A stretch of 64,000 nt of DNA from an uncultured Dorea sp. (GCA_910584265.1 CAJTZE010000002.1:4161-68160), one strand, 5' to 3'. Positions 10,648 to 20,983 are shown, numbered from the stretch's first letter. A program made the numbers and translations. The notes: generated from the letters alone by a model not told the origin.

Positions 10648-11535
10648 ATGTTACAGAGATTAAAACGACTGGGAAGCTATCTGATCATTATTGTGCTGCT
10701 CCCGTATATTATTACCGTTTTTTTGAATGGACCAGCCGTAACGACCTCCGCAGGAGCAGATGAGGGAGTTATCATGGTGGAACATGAAGGAAAAGAAACG
10801 GAAATGTCTATTGAGGAGTATTGTATCGGAAGGCTTGCAAAAGAGATACCGGTTTCCTATGAGAAGGAGGCACTGAAGGCGCAGGCAGTGCTGGTAAGGA
10901 CGACTGTCTACGGCCAGATTCTGGAGGCGGGCAGCAGTACGGTTCTTCCGGATGAATTCTGGACAACGGATGAAATGCGCAAGCAGTGGGGAGCCGGAAA
11001 GTACAGTGCAAATTATGATAAATTGAAATCGGCCTGGGAGCAGACAGATGGACAAGTGCTGATGTACGGGGATAAGCCTGCAAATGTGCCTTACTGCAGG
11101 CTGACAAACGGTAATACGAGAGACGGGGCAGAGGTGCTTCTCAGTGAGGATTATCCTTATCTGAAAATTAAAGAATGTCCTCTGGATATCGAATCAAAGG
11201 AGCAGATGCGGACCATTATTCTGGATGAAATGGATGTGGAAGTTACCGGTACGGATACAGCCGGATATGTACTCAGCGTCCGGGCGGGAGAAGAGACGGT
11301 AAGCGGCGAGGAATTCCGCAAAACTTATGGACTTGCCTCCAGCTGTTTTACACTGCAGAATTATGAAGGCAAGCTCCGCATTACCACCAGAGGCGTTGGA
11401 CATGGTCTGGGAATGAGCCAGTATACGGCAGGCCGGATGGCGGAAAGCGGGAGCACATTTGATGAAATCCTTGCATATTTTTTTGAGGGGACAGAGTTAA
11501 AAGAAGTTACGGATATTGTGAGGGATACTGAATAA
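10648..11535 (+). CDS. spoIID: SpoIID/LytB domain protein
   Basis: EALKAQAVLVRT and GVGHGLGMSQY motifs; N-terminal TM. Confidence 0.85.
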   Translation: MLQRLKRLGSYLIIIVLLPYIITVFLNGPAVTTSAGADEGVIMVEHEGKETEMSIEEYCIGRLAKEIPVSYEKEALKAQAVLVRTTVYGQILEAGSSTVLPDEFWTTDEMRKQWGAGKYSANYDKLKSAWEQTDGQVLMYGDKPANVPYCRLTNGNTRDGAEVLLSEDYPYLKIKECPLDIESKEQMRTIILDEMDVEVTGTDTAGYVLSVRAGEETVSGEEFRKTYGLASSCFTLQNYEGKLRITTRGVGHGLGMSQYTAGRMAESGSTFDEILAYFFEGTELKEVTDIVRDTE

Positions 11536-11559
11536 AAGAACCGGCTTCTGGCAAAAATA
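11530..11559 (+). promoter_or_regulatory. SigF/SigG-like promoter
   Basis: GAATA-15 nt-GGCAAAAATA upstream of the spoIIQ-like gene. Confidence 0.5.
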
Positions 11560-11568
11560 TAGCCAGAG

Positions 11569-12330
11569 GTGATGAATATGAATAAGAGACCAAAGCCTTC
11601 AAGAAAAAAAGGGGCGTCTGTTGGGATTGCAATCTGCTTCGCGGCGGCAGTTGCGATTGTGGGAACATATACACTGAAGAGTTACCAGAAATCGGACCGT
11701 TTGGAGAACAGCGCGATGGACGAAACCGACAGAACAGAAGATAAGAAGGTACAGACGAAATCAGCAAATACAGACAAGCTGGTTATTGACACAGACGATG
11801 AAAAAACCAAGGACACAGAAGAAACAAAGGAAGAAACCGGTGAAGGTGCAGAAGAAGAAATAACAGAAGTTACGCCGGATGCAGCAACCGCCGGAAGCGG
11901 GACGGCTCTCAATTTTGGCGAGAACAGTCAGCTCTTATGGCCGGTAAACGGGCAGATCCTATTGAACTTCAGCATGGATAAGACCGTATATTTCTCTACT
12001 CTTGACCAATATAAGTATAATCCGGCTCTGGTTATTTCCGGCGCCGAAGGAGATCAGGTCATCAGCGGAGCGGCAGGAATGGTGAAGTCCATCGATGTAA
12101 CTGCCCAGACAGGCACAACAGTCAACCTGGATCTGGGAAATGGATATGAACTGTTTGTAGGACAGTTAAAAGAGGTACCGGTAAATACCGGTGATTATGT
12201 GAATGCAAATACGGTCATCGGATATGTGAGCCAGCCGACCAAGTATTACTCTGTAGAGGGTTGTAACGTGTACTATGAAATGCGTAAAGACGGGCAGCCG
12301 ATCGATCCGCTGCAGTTTGTGGACGAGTAA
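11569..12330 (+). CDS. M23 family (LytM) protein, SpoIIQ-like, degenerate metal motifs
   Basis: N-terminal TM, acidic linker, WPVNG...IDP M23 fold; HxxxD/HxH not conserved; follows spoIID. Confidence 0.75.
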   Translation: MMNMNKRPKPSRKKGASVGIAICFAAAVAIVGTYTLKSYQKSDRLENSAMDETDRTEDKKVQTKSANTDKLVIDTDDEKTKDTEETKEETGEGAEEEITEVTPDAATAGSGTALNFGENSQLLWPVNGQILLNFSMDKTVYFSTLDQYKYNPALVISGAEGDQVISGAAGMVKSIDVTAQTGTTVNLDLGNGYELFVGQLKEVPVNTGDYVNANTVIGYVSQPTKYYSVEGCNVYYEMRKDGQPIDPLQFVDE

Positions 12331-12352
12331 AGACAACAGAAGAAAAACAGAT

Positions 12353-12400
12353 CAGAGTGGAAAGGCCGGGAACTGCCCAGCTTTTCCACTCTGTTGTTTA
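12353..12400 (+). terminator. Probable intrinsic terminator
   Basis: CAGAGTGGAAAGGC...GCTTTTCCACTCTG stem followed by TTGTTT. Confidence 0.6.
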
Positions 12401-12447
12401 TTTGTAATCATTACAAATAAAAACTGAGATGATACCTCAAATATTGT

Positions 12448-12645
12448 GTGCAAAAAGAAAAAATGAGATATAATAGGATCGAAGAAAAGTCTATAAAGAT
12501 GACAAGTGAAGTGCTCTATATGGTTGGGAATCAGGATATTGATGATTCGGATGGCGGTACAACAGGGATTGCGAATAGTTGTTATGAATATTGGAAAAAG
12601 ATTCTGGATCAAGCAGCGGATGAACAGAGGAAGGCGGGATTTTAG
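12448..12645 (+). CDS. Small hypothetical protein (start uncertain)
   Basis: Fills the intergenic space; its stop lies 2 nt before the next ATG. Confidence 0.4.
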   Translation: MQKEKMRYNRIEEKSIKMTSEVLYMVGNQDIDDSDGGTTGIANSCYEYWKKILDQAADEQRKAGF

Positions 12646-12646
12646 A

Positions 12647-12904
12647 ATGAATTATACATATATGGTAAGATGCCGGGATGGAAGCTTATACACCGGCTGG
12701 ACAACGGATATCGAAAAGCGGGTAAAAGCACATAACGACGGAGCAGGCGCAAAATATACGCATAGCCGCAGGCCGGTTAAGCTGGTGTATTATGAAACAT
12801 TTGAAACAAAGGAAGAGGCGATGAAGCGGGAATATGCGGTCAAGCAGATGAACAAAGCGGAAAAGGAAAAGCTGATAGAGGATTTTATTTCTGAATCTTT
12901 TTAA
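12647..12904 (+). CDS. GIY-YIG nuclease family protein (YazA/YhbQ-like)
   Basis: YTYMVRCRDGSLYTGWT...HNDGAGAKYT...REYAVK. Confidence 0.9.
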   Translation: MNYTYMVRCRDGSLYTGWTTDIEKRVKAHNDGAGAKYTHSRRPVKLVYYETFETKEEAMKREYAVKQMNKAEKEKLIEDFISESF

Positions 12905-13022
12905 AATCTTCAATTGCGGCTTTAGCAAAATCAAGACCATTTGGCATATACCCGACTCCTTTTTAAGATGCCATTTACATTGTGTTTATACTATATTAGA
13001 CATTGGTAAAAGATATAAAGCC

Positions 13023-13685
13023 TTATAGTACAAAAGCATACATTACCACAAAATGGCAGGCGCTGCCACCCATCACGAACAGATGGAAAATCTCATGGCT
13101 TCCAAAATACTGGTGCTTTGTATTAAATAATGAAAGCTTTAATGCATAAATGACACCGCCTATGGTATAGATGATACCGCCTGCAAGAAGCCAGCCGAAG
13201 GCTGCCGGGGACAAGGAATTTAAAAGCTGCGTGAATGCCAGTACGCAGATCCAGCCCATGCCGATGTATAATACGGAAGACACCCATTTGGGGCAGTTTA
13301 TCCAGATGGCTTTAATGATAATACCGGCAATCGCAAAGCTCCAGACAATTGCCAGAAGGGTAATGCCGAGCATTCCCTTTAGGACTAAGAGACAGATTGG
13401 GGTGTAACTTCCTGCAATTAATACCGATATCATCATGTGGTCGATTTTCTTGAGAATCGTGTTGATTCTTTTGGATCTGTTAAAGGTATGGTAAGTTGTG
13501 CTGGCCGCATATAGCAGAATCAGGCTGACCGCATAGATGATAATGGAAACCACATATATCCGTTCCGGCTCATGGGCGGCCTTGATGATTAATGGTACAG
13601 AAGCAAACACAGCCATAAGCATTCCGATAAAATGTGTAATTGCGCTTCCTGGGTCTTTAATATGTTTTTTTATTGTATCTTCCAT
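13023..13685 (-). CDS. Hemolysin III / PAQR family membrane protein
   Basis: STTYH, DHMMI...GSYTP and HEIFHLFV motifs; about 7 TMs. Confidence 0.9.
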   Translation of the reverse strand: MEDTIKKHIKDPGSAITHFIGMLMAVFASVPLIIKAAHEPERIYVVSIIIYAVSLILLYAASTTYHTFNRSKRINTILKKIDHMMISVLIAGSYTPICLLVLKGMLGITLLAIVWSFAIAGIIIKAIWINCPKWVSSVLYIGMGWICVLAFTQLLNSLSPAAFGWLLAGGIIYTIGGVIYALKLSLFNTKHQYFGSHEIFHLFVMGGSACHFVVMYAFVL

Positions 13686-13944
13686 TGTATTCCCTCCTGA
13701 TAAATAGTTATATATTGACAAGTAGTATTGAAAACTATATGTTGTATATATTGATATTATACCCTTGCGGAGGAAAAATCAATACATTATATAAAAAATT
13801 AAGAAATATCTAAAAAGCCATGCCATCTCAAATGCGCTCCGCTCCTTCTCGATGTACGGCTGGCGCTGTATAATAGCGCAATAATAAACGCCCATGCAAG
13901 TTAACTTGCCGGGCGTTATATTACGCTATTGCATGGCTTTCAGC

Positions 13945-14487
13945 TTAGCCAAAGTATCTCTTTAATAATCCTTCAAATGCTTTGCCGTGTCTTGCCTCAT
14001 CTCTTGCCATCTCGTGAACAGTGTCATGGATTGCGTCAAGGTTTGCGGCCTTTGCACGTTTTGCAAGGTCAAATTTACCTGCAGTAGCGCCGTTCTCAGC
14101 GGCTACTCTCATTTCAAGATTCTTCTTGGTGCTGTCTGTTACAACTTCGCCAAGCAGCTCTGCAAATTTAGCAGCATGCTCTGCCTCTTCGTAAGCGGCC
14201 TTTTCCCAGTATAAGCCGATCTCCGGATATCCTTCTCTGTGAGCAACTCTTGCCATTGCAAGATACATACCAACCTCTGAACACTCGCCGTTAAAATTAG
14301 CTCTTAAGTCCTCGATGATGTCTTCGCTTACGCCCTGAGCAACGCCTACAACATGCTCAGCGGCCCAGCTTAAGCCCTCGCCCTGCTCTGTGAACTTGTC
14401 TGCGCCAACGCCGCACTGTGGACATTTCTCTGGTGCAGCCTCGCCTTCGTAAACATAACCACATACTGAACATACAAATTTTTTCAT
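13945..14487 (-). CDS. rbr: Reverse rubrerythrin (NADH peroxidase)
   Basis: N-terminal rubredoxin CSVC...CPQC followed by diiron EAEH and EARH motifs. Confidence 0.93.
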   Translation of the reverse strand: MKKFVCSVCGYVYEGEAAPEKCPQCGVGADKFTEQGEGLSWAAEHVVGVAQGVSEDIIEDLRANFNGECSEVGMYLAMARVAHREGYPEIGLYWEKAAYEEAEHAAKFAELLGEVVTDSTKKNLEMRVAAENGATAGKFDLAKRAKAANLDAIHDTVHEMARDEARHGKAFEGLLKRYFG

Positions 14488-14550
14488 ACCTGTAATCTCC
14501 TTTTCTTATAATAATATTTTATTTAAATCAGTAGTATCTACTGATTTAAA

Positions 14551-14943
14551 TCAATCCTTTCTGGCCTGACAGCGGCCGCACACTCCGTAGAATATAGTAG
14601 AATGTGAATGGATGGTTCCCCGAAAGCATGCCCTTGCTTCTTCGTTAATAGATTCTGAAATATCCATATCTAAATCGAATAATCCGCCGCATTCTGTGCA
14701 TAATGCATGATAGTGGGGAGAAGTAAAGCCATCAAACCGGACGGCACCGTCGGGGGTAGTAATCTTGAGTGCTTCACCCATGTCGGTAAGGAGGTTGAGA
14801 TTGCGGTAAACAGTTCCCAGACTGATACGGGGAAACTGCTCCTTAACATGCATATAAACAATGTCTGCAGTAGGATGCTCCACTGTCTTAGAAAGATAAT
14901 CCTTAATGACTTCCCGCTGTCTGCTGTATTTTAATGCCGCCAT
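14551..14943 (-). CDS. perR: Fur family regulator, PerR-like
   Basis: HPTAD, TVYRNL, HYH, CxxC...CxxC; adjacent to rubrerythrin. Confidence 0.85.
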   Translation of the reverse strand: MAALKYSRQREVIKDYLSKTVEHPTADIVYMHVKEQFPRISLGTVYRNLNLLTDMGEALKITTPDGAVRFDGFTSPHYHALCTECGGLFDLDMDISESINEEARACFRGTIHSHSTIFYGVCGRCQARKD

Positions 14944-14966
14944 AGCGTCCTCCTTTCCAATCAATA

Positions 14967-14983
14967 ATAGTAATGATTACTAT
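14967..14983. promoter_or_regulatory. Putative PerR/Fur box
   Basis: Perfect 8-1-8 palindrome ATAGTAAT-G-ATTACTAT just upstream of the perR RBS. Confidence 0.65.
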
Positions 14984-15176
14984 AATTGATTCTAGGACAA
15001 ACTGTGTGGATTGTCAAGAAGAAAATTGAAAAAAAATAAAAAGTTTGGATACACCAAATTTGAAATAGTATCCTGATTAACCATTATTTAACAAATTTGT
15101 AATATTTTCAGCAGGATGTGACAGGATGTATTAAGAAAAAGATAATAAAAAGACAGAAAAATTAAGCATTTTCAGC

Positions 15177-15205
15177 TTGACACAGGATATATGCACTGAT
15201 ATAAT
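15177..15205 (+). promoter_or_regulatory. SigA promoter with extended -10
   Basis: TTGACA-17 nt-TATAAT with TGn. Confidence 0.8.
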
Positions 15206-15327
15206 GACAGCGTAATATTTGTAACAATTCTGTAACAATTGGCGCGGAGTAATCCAGCCGGCCTGAAAAATATTTTTCAGACACACAAAAGATGAGAAGA
15301 CATAGGCGAATAAATAGGAGGTTGTTT

Positions 15328-16263
15328 ATGAATTCGAGTCTTAAGAGAGGATTATTTCTGGTTACTGCAATTGGAACATTTTCAGTTTCCGGGGAGAAGG
15401 CGGAGGCTGCAGATAGTCTTGAAACAACAGATATAATAGAAGCGGTCTTTCCGGGTGTGGGAATTGAACAGGTACTGAATGACTGCTATGCGGCAGATGC
15501 AGAGATTGCCGTGGAGGATTATCTGGTACCTACAGAAAAAGGAGAGTATTTAGATATGGCATTCACAAATGTGGATGCAGATACATTTCTCTTTGTCAGG
15601 AGCGAACCGGCAAGGGAAAGTGAGTGGGTCGGAAAACTGTATCCGGGTTCCGCATCAGAGATTATCGGTCCGGTAGGGGAATGGACAAAGGTGCGGTCCG
15701 GGTCAGTGACCGGCTATGTTTATACCGAATATATTATTACAGGTAACGAAGCAGAAGCAAGGGCGAAGGAGCTGGAGGCTGATACACAGGCAGATGATGT
15801 CAGAGAAGTTGTAGAGCATGCAGAATCTAGAGAAGAGGAAGAAGCCCGCCTTGCAGAAGAAGCAAGACTTGCAGCGGAGGAGGAAGCCAGGCTTGCAAAG
15901 GAACAGGCGGCGAATGCGGCAACGCTGGGACAGGCCATTGTGGATTATGCCTGCCAGTTTATTGGAAATCCGTATGTGTGGGGCGGTACAAGCCTTACGA
16001 ACGGAGCAGACTGTTCGGGATTTGTACAGTCGGTATATGCGCATTTTGGAATCAGCCTTCCGAGAACTACCTGGGATCAGGAATACGCAGGGAGAGGCAT
16101 CGGCTATGGCGAGGCGCAGCCGGGCGATCTGATTCTTTATGAAGGCCATGTTGGAATTTATATGGGAAACGGCCAGATTGTAAATGCGATCAATGCATCG
16201 AAAGGAATTGGAATTATTCCTGCAGAATGTATGAGTATTAAAACAGTTAGACGTGTGATTTAG
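15328..16263 (+). CDS. NlpC/P60 (C40) peptidoglycan endopeptidase with SH3-like domain
   Basis: GNPYVWGG...DCSGF...HVGIY; SH3b-like WTKVRSGSVTGYV; EEARLA repeat linker. Confidence 0.9.
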   Translation: MNSSLKRGLFLVTAIGTFSVSGEKAEAADSLETTDIIEAVFPGVGIEQVLNDCYAADAEIAVEDYLVPTEKGEYLDMAFTNVDADTFLFVRSEPARESEWVGKLYPGSASEIIGPVGEWTKVRSGSVTGYVYTEYIITGNEAEARAKELEADTQADDVREVVEHAESREEEEARLAEEARLAAEEEARLAKEQAANAATLGQAIVDYACQFIGNPYVWGGTSLTNGADCSGFVQSVYAHFGISLPRTTWDQEYAGRGIGYGEAQPGDLILYEGHVGIYMGNGQIVNAINASKGIGIIPAECMSIKTVRRVI

Positions 16264-16721
16264 AGTTGTCTGACAATGAAAAACATCGAAAAATCCCGCT
16301 GTATTTGATAAAAATATATCGGGGTTTTTTATGTTATAAAAGAAAATTATTATGTCATTTTGCGAAAAATCGAATCTTTATATAAAATACACAAAAATGT
16401 AAAATGATGGGATAATTTGTCAGGTGCTTCAACAAAAGTTATCAACATGAAAAGCCGTGAAAAGAGTGGAAAAAAGGTAGGTTTTTGTAACTTATCAACA
16501 TTATCAACATAAAAACACGTGATTTTGGTTGATTACTCGAGGAAAACAAAAGAACGGATGTTTTGTAAACAAATCACAAAATTTGCGTTTTGTCGAAAAA
16601 AATGGAAATGTATCTTGCAATTTGAATCGTCAATTTTCGATAAGAAAAAGTTTTTAAATGTTTACACAATGAAGAAAAATGGATATAATAAGGATTACCA
16701 GAGCAAGGAGGAGGCGATAAT

Positions 16722-16934
16722 ATGGCACAGATTAATAAGGAAACCACAATTGGCGAATTATTAATGACCAGTGGAGATAAGATTGAAGATGTGGCAAAGG
16801 CTCTTATGGAGATCGGGATGCATTGTATCGGATGTCCGTCTTCCCAGGGCGAATCCATCGAAGAGGCCGCTATGGTACATGGTATTGATGCGGATCTTCT
16901 GACAGAGAAGCTGAATGCGATTTTAAATGCATAG
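16722..16934 (+). CDS. DUF1858 domain protein
   Basis: [23 protein letters not shown]. Confidence 0.85.
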   Translation: MAQINKETTIGELLMTSGDKIEDVAKALMEIGMHCIGCPSSQGESIEEAAMVHGIDADLLTEKLNAILNA

Positions 16935-16955
16935 GCCGGTTCAGATTCTGCACAT

Positions 16956-16984
16956 AAAAAGACTGCCCGTTGAGGCAGTCTTTT
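16956..16984. terminator. Bidirectional intrinsic terminator
   Basis: AAAAAGACTGCC-N6-GGCAGTCTTTT between convergent genes. Confidence 0.8.
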
Positions 16985-17005
16985 CCGCGTTTAAAGCAAA
17001 ATGGT

Positions 17006-17737
17006 CTAAATCTGTGAGAGCTGCTGGACCGCATTGGCGGACAAAATCATCTCACAGTGCTCTTCCAGGTGCGCAAGCGATGCTCCGGATGACTGCTCCA
17101 GAGAGCCATACTCGGACAGCATATTGCAGATTCGGCTGAAATCATTAATTGTGTGCTCGGACTGTGTGAGAGCCAGAATATACATATCGGAGCTATTATC
17201 TTTATATAAAGTATTAGATCCGTGGTACATGCCGCCAAGAAGTCCGGCAGCCGATATAACGCCGTCCATGGAAGCGAAGGAGAACAGCCTTAAGTCGGTT
17301 CTCTTTGCAGGAGGCTCTTCTTCCGGTGCCTGCTCCTGCGAAACGGAGGCAATACTTTCCTTGACCTTTCCAAGGAGGTTCAGAATCTCTTCTGCACCCT
17401 CCAGCTTGAGGGAAGCAGCATCGCGCCTGTTATCCCAGTCTCCGTTTGCCGTAGGGGCGAATCTGGAAAATCTGGTGTCCAGCTCCTCAGGATCCTCTAC
17501 TTTAGTAATTATCAGCACAATAGAATCTGCGGATGCAGGAATTGCCTCAATCATAAGAGGAATATCCTCTGCCTCAAAGCCGCACTCGTAGGCTGCCTGC
17601 TGCATCATATCATGGAAAAGTGATTTTGCTTTTTCTGTGCCGTATGCCAGTTCGCTTAGTTTTAACTGGCGGTCAGCTAAATCAGCTCGCGTAAGTGTAC
17701 AGCGTATCTGATTGTCATTGATCTTCTCAATTTTCAT
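17006..17737 (-). CDS. mecA: ClpC adaptor protein MecA
   Basis: MKIEKINDNQIRCTLT...LEEH, typical MecA N- and C-termini. Confidence 0.9.
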   Translation of the reverse strand: MKIEKINDNQIRCTLTRADLADRQLKLSELAYGTEKAKSLFHDMMQQAAYECGFEAEDIPLMIEAIPASADSIVLIITKVEDPEELDTRFSRFAPTANGDWDNRRDAASLKLEGAEEILNLLGKVKESIASVSQEQAPEEEPPAKRTDLRLFSFASMDGVISAAGLLGGMYHGSNTLYKDNSSDMYILALTQSEHTINDFSRICNMLSEYGSLEQSSGASLAHLEEHCEMILSANAVQQLSQI

Positions 17738-18075
17738 TTTTATCACTTCCTTTTAGACAGTATAGCATAGCAGCTTGTAAATGTTCAATAAAATAAATAA
17801 AAAACTGCTTGCGTTAACATAAGAATTGATATATAATAGCCGTACAGAAAATAGTATTCCCACACAGGAGTATTTTCAACGTATCAGATTATTCAACATT
17901 TTCAGATCAGATTAACTCAATGATTTTCAACAGATTTCCAGAGGAATTTTTTGAAAAATATTTATAAATCAATGCAGGCATATTTTCTGTACCGGGTAAT
18001 ATATCACATGCACTTTCCTGGTCTTTATATTTTATGCGCTGTGCTGGGAAGCCGTGCATTGAGAAGGAGGAGCCC

Positions 18076-18300
18076 ATGAAGCCGGGAACGGAAGGATACC
18101 AGGAGCTGTTCAATGAATTGAACCGGTATGAGAGAAAAGGAGTATATATGGAGATGGAAGGGAATCCGGCCAGTCCGACCCAGATTGTTAAGGCGCATAT
18201 GCTGAGAGAGGATTCCGGATACATGAGGGATTATGTTCTGAATGATAAGGGGGACTTAAAGGAGCTGTATTTTTACCATATTAATCTGCAGGAGAAGTAA
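18076..18300 (+). CDS. Small hypothetical protein
   Basis: Strong RBS AGGAGG; 74 aa containing YMRDYV. Confidence 0.65.
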   Translation: MKPGTEGYQELFNELNRYERKGVYMEMEGNPASPTQIVKAHMLREDSGYMRDYVLNDKGDLKELYFYHINLQEK

Positions 18301-18426
18301 ATGTCCTCCGAATTATTTAAAAAATTGTCGAAATATAATGACGGTCAACACTTTTATTGATATAATGGAAACGTGGGTTTACAGTACGGCACAGCCTGTG
18401 CTGTGATGAGCAATAGGAGGTAGACT

Positions 18427-20238
18427 ATGGATCAAAGGCGGATTATGGACCAGAAACGGAGAAGAAAACGCGGAAGAAGGCAGTCGAGGCGCAGACGCAA
18501 GAGGAATCTGATGCTGAAGATTATAAGCTTTATCATATTAATAATAGGAATTGTTGCAGCGCTCCTGCTGTGGAGACGGTACGGTGGAACAAAGGAACAG
18601 GCTGATCTGGATGAATATTATGGGATTGAAAACGAGAATCAGCTTGCTGTCATTGTAGATAACGAGGTGCTTGAACCGCGGGGAAGGATCTGGGACGGTA
18701 AGGTATACGTAGAATACAGCGTAATACGGGATTATATCAACGAGAGATTTTACTGGGATCCGAATGAGAACATCCTGCTCTATGTCCTGCCGAACGACAT
18801 TGTATCAACAGAGGTAGGCAGTAAGGACTATTCCGTTTCCAAGCAGAAGAATAGTGAAGACTATGTCATATTGAAAGCAGAAGGTAGTACAGCATATATT
18901 GCCCTAGACTTTGTTAAGCAGTATACCGGCGTAGATTTTGAGATATACGATGATCCGGGCCGTGTGATGATCATGACAGAGACTGGTGATGTGAAGACAG
19001 CGCAGGTAAAGCGTAAGACGCAGGTGCGCTATCAGGGCGGCGTGAAGAGTCCGGTGCTGACGGAGGTAGAGAAGAAAGATAAGGTTCGTGTGCTCGAGGA
19101 CGAGGGCGACTGGAAGAAGGTTCGTACAGAGGACGGTTTTATTGGGTATGTCAAGAAGTCAAAGCTGAAGAAGGAGGAGACGGAGACGATTACCAGAGAC
19201 TTTACGGAGCCTGAATATACAAGTATTACCAGAGATCATATTATCAACATGGCCTGGTGTAATGTAACAAATTATGATGCGAACGGCGGCATTTTGGAGA
19301 TGATTGCCCAGACCAAGGGGTTGAACACCATCTCGCCGACCTGGTTCCATGTCGCAGACACAGCGGGCAATATCGAATCGATCGCGGGCTCTGACTATGT
19401 GAATTATGCACATCAGGCCGGTATCGAGGTATGGGCGGCAATCCGTGATTTTGACGGCGGGATCAATTCCTTTGAGGAATCCTATGAGCTGCTCAGCCAT
19501 ACATCGAACCGTAATAATCTGATCAATCAGCTGATCGCGGCGGCGCTTTCCAGCGGAATTGACGGAATTAACGTGGACTTTGAGAAGATTTCCACAGAGT
19601 GCGGAGAGCATTTTATCCAGTTTATCCGTGAGCTGTCTGTGAAGTGCAGGCAGAACGGGCTTGTACTGTCTGTGGATAACTATGTACCGCAGGCATACAA
19701 TCAGCAGTATCACAGGAAAGAACAGGGCGTATTTGCCGATTATGTCATAATCATGGGATACGATGAGCATTATGGAGGTTCCTTAGAGGCCGGTTCTGTC
19801 GCGTCTTACAATTTCGTGGAGAACGGCATTGCGCAGACGGTAGAAGAGGTTCCGGCAAATAAGGTTATCAACGGCGTTCCGTTCTTTACCAGAGTGTGGA
19901 AGGAAACACCGAAGACAGACGAAGAGCTGGCGGCCCAGGCAGGAACAGAAGAGGGAGAATATCCGATGAAGGTCGAGAGTACGGCATACAGCATGGGAGA
20001 GGCACAGTATGTGGCAGCCCAGGCTGGTGCAGAGATCACGTGGGATGATACGGCTAAACAGAATTTTGCCACATGGGAAGCTGACGGCAGTACGTATAAG
20101 GTGTGGCTTGAGGATGCAAACTCTCTCCAGCCGAGACTTCAGCTGATGAAGGATTACGGACTGGCAGGAACGGCCGCATGGCGTCTGGGACAGGAGACAG
20201 CTGATATATGGGATATAATCCTTCAGTACACAAATTAA
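18427..20238 (+). CDS. Glycoside hydrolase family 18 protein with SH3 domain (spore/cell-wall hydrolase)
   Basis: DGINVDFE catalytic motif, MGYDEH, WRLGQE; N-terminal TM and SH3b. Confidence 0.9.
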   Translation: MDQRRIMDQKRRRKRGRRQSRRRRKRNLMLKIISFIILIIGIVAALLLWRRYGGTKEQADLDEYYGIENENQLAVIVDNEVLEPRGRIWDGKVYVEYSVIRDYINERFYWDPNENILLYVLPNDIVSTEVGSKDYSVSKQKNSEDYVILKAEGSTAYIALDFVKQYTGVDFEIYDDPGRVMIMTETGDVKTAQVKRKTQVRYQGGVKSPVLTEVEKKDKVRVLEDEGDWKKVRTEDGFIGYVKKSKLKKEETETITRDFTEPEYTSITRDHIINMAWCNVTNYDANGGILEMIAQTKGLNTISPTWFHVADTAGNIESIAGSDYVNYAHQAGIEVWAAIRDFDGGINSFEESYELLSHTSNRNNLINQLIAAALSSGIDGINVDFEKISTECGEHFIQFIRELSVKCRQNGLVLSVDNYVPQAYNQQYHRKEQGVFADYVIIMGYDEHYGGSLEAGSVASYNFVENGIAQTVEEVPANKVINGVPFFTRVWKETPKTDEELAAQAGTEEGEYPMKVESTAYSMGEAQYVAAQAGAEITWDDTAKQNFATWEADGSTYKVWLEDANSLQPRLQLMKDYGLAGTAAWRLGQETADIWDIILQYTN

Positions 20239-20302
20239 ATAAAGAATAGATATCCTCCGGCAGGCATATATTTAACTGATATATGCTGCGGAGGATATTT
20301 TT

Positions 20303-20983
20303 GTGCGTCAGAAAATAGAACTAGCTGCGGCAGTTTTGGTGCTTATAGGACTTGTCATTCTCAGCAGGGCTGTCAGTAAATATGCGGCCAGCAGCCAGGT
20401 AGAGAGCCGGAAAACGGCAGTCGTTCTTGATCCCGGGCACGGCGGCTCTGACCCCGGAAAAATAGGGGTCAATGATGTGGAGGAGAAGGCAGTGAATCTG
20501 GCAATTGCCGAAAAGGTACAGGAGCTGCTAAAGAAAGAGAAGATTGATGTGGTGATGACAAGAAAAGAGGATACTATGCTTGCTGGGAATGACGGACAGA
20601 CGACAAAGGCAGGAGATATGAAAGCCAGAGTGGCAGTAATTAATGAAACTGCTCCAGTGCTTGCAGTAAGTATTCATCAGAACAGCTATCATCAAGAGGG
20701 CGTGAAGGGGGCGCAGGTCTTCTACTACACCCATTCCGAAGAAGGGAAGAAGGCGGCGGAGCTGATGCAGGAGGCTCTGCTTGTTCTGAATACCGAGAAT
20801 AACCGGAAGGCAAAGGCAAACGATACTTATTATCTGCTGAAGCGGACGGAAGCTCCGACGATTATTGTAGAATGCGGCTTTCTAAGCAACTGGGAAGAAG
20901 CAGAGCTTTTGAAGGATGAAGAGTATCAGGAAAGAACGGCAGAAGCAATTGTTGAGGGAATTAAGGCCTATATAGAAAAATAG
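20303..20983 (+). CDS. N-acetylmuramoyl-L-alanine amidase (Amidase_3, CwlD-like)
   Basis: LDPGHGG, SIHQN and IVECGFLSN motifs; SigE-like GAATA...CATATATT upstream. Confidence 0.88.
   Translation: MRQKIELAAAVLVLIGLVILSRAVSKYAASSQVESRKTAVVLDPGHGGSDPGKIGVNDVEEKAVNLAIAEKVQELLKKEKIDVVMTRKEDTMLAGNDGQTTKAGDMKARVAVINETAPVLAVSIHQNSYHQEGVKGAQVFYYTHSEEGKKAAELMQEALLVLNTENNRKAKANDTYYLLKRTEAPTIIVECGFLSNWEEAELLKDEEYQERTAEAIVEGIKAYIEK

Noticed and set aside
15241..15327. Possible c-di-AMP or c-di-GMP riboswitch before NlpC/P60
   Set aside because: Conserved aptamer motifs not found.
17871..17960. TTCAAC/TCAGAT repeats and an 11-mer (GATTTTCAACA) shared in reverse with the tad leader at 25652-25662
   Set aside because: AT-rich 11-mer matches between intergenic regions are expected by chance. 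They may be loose CodY-like sites but cannot be supported.
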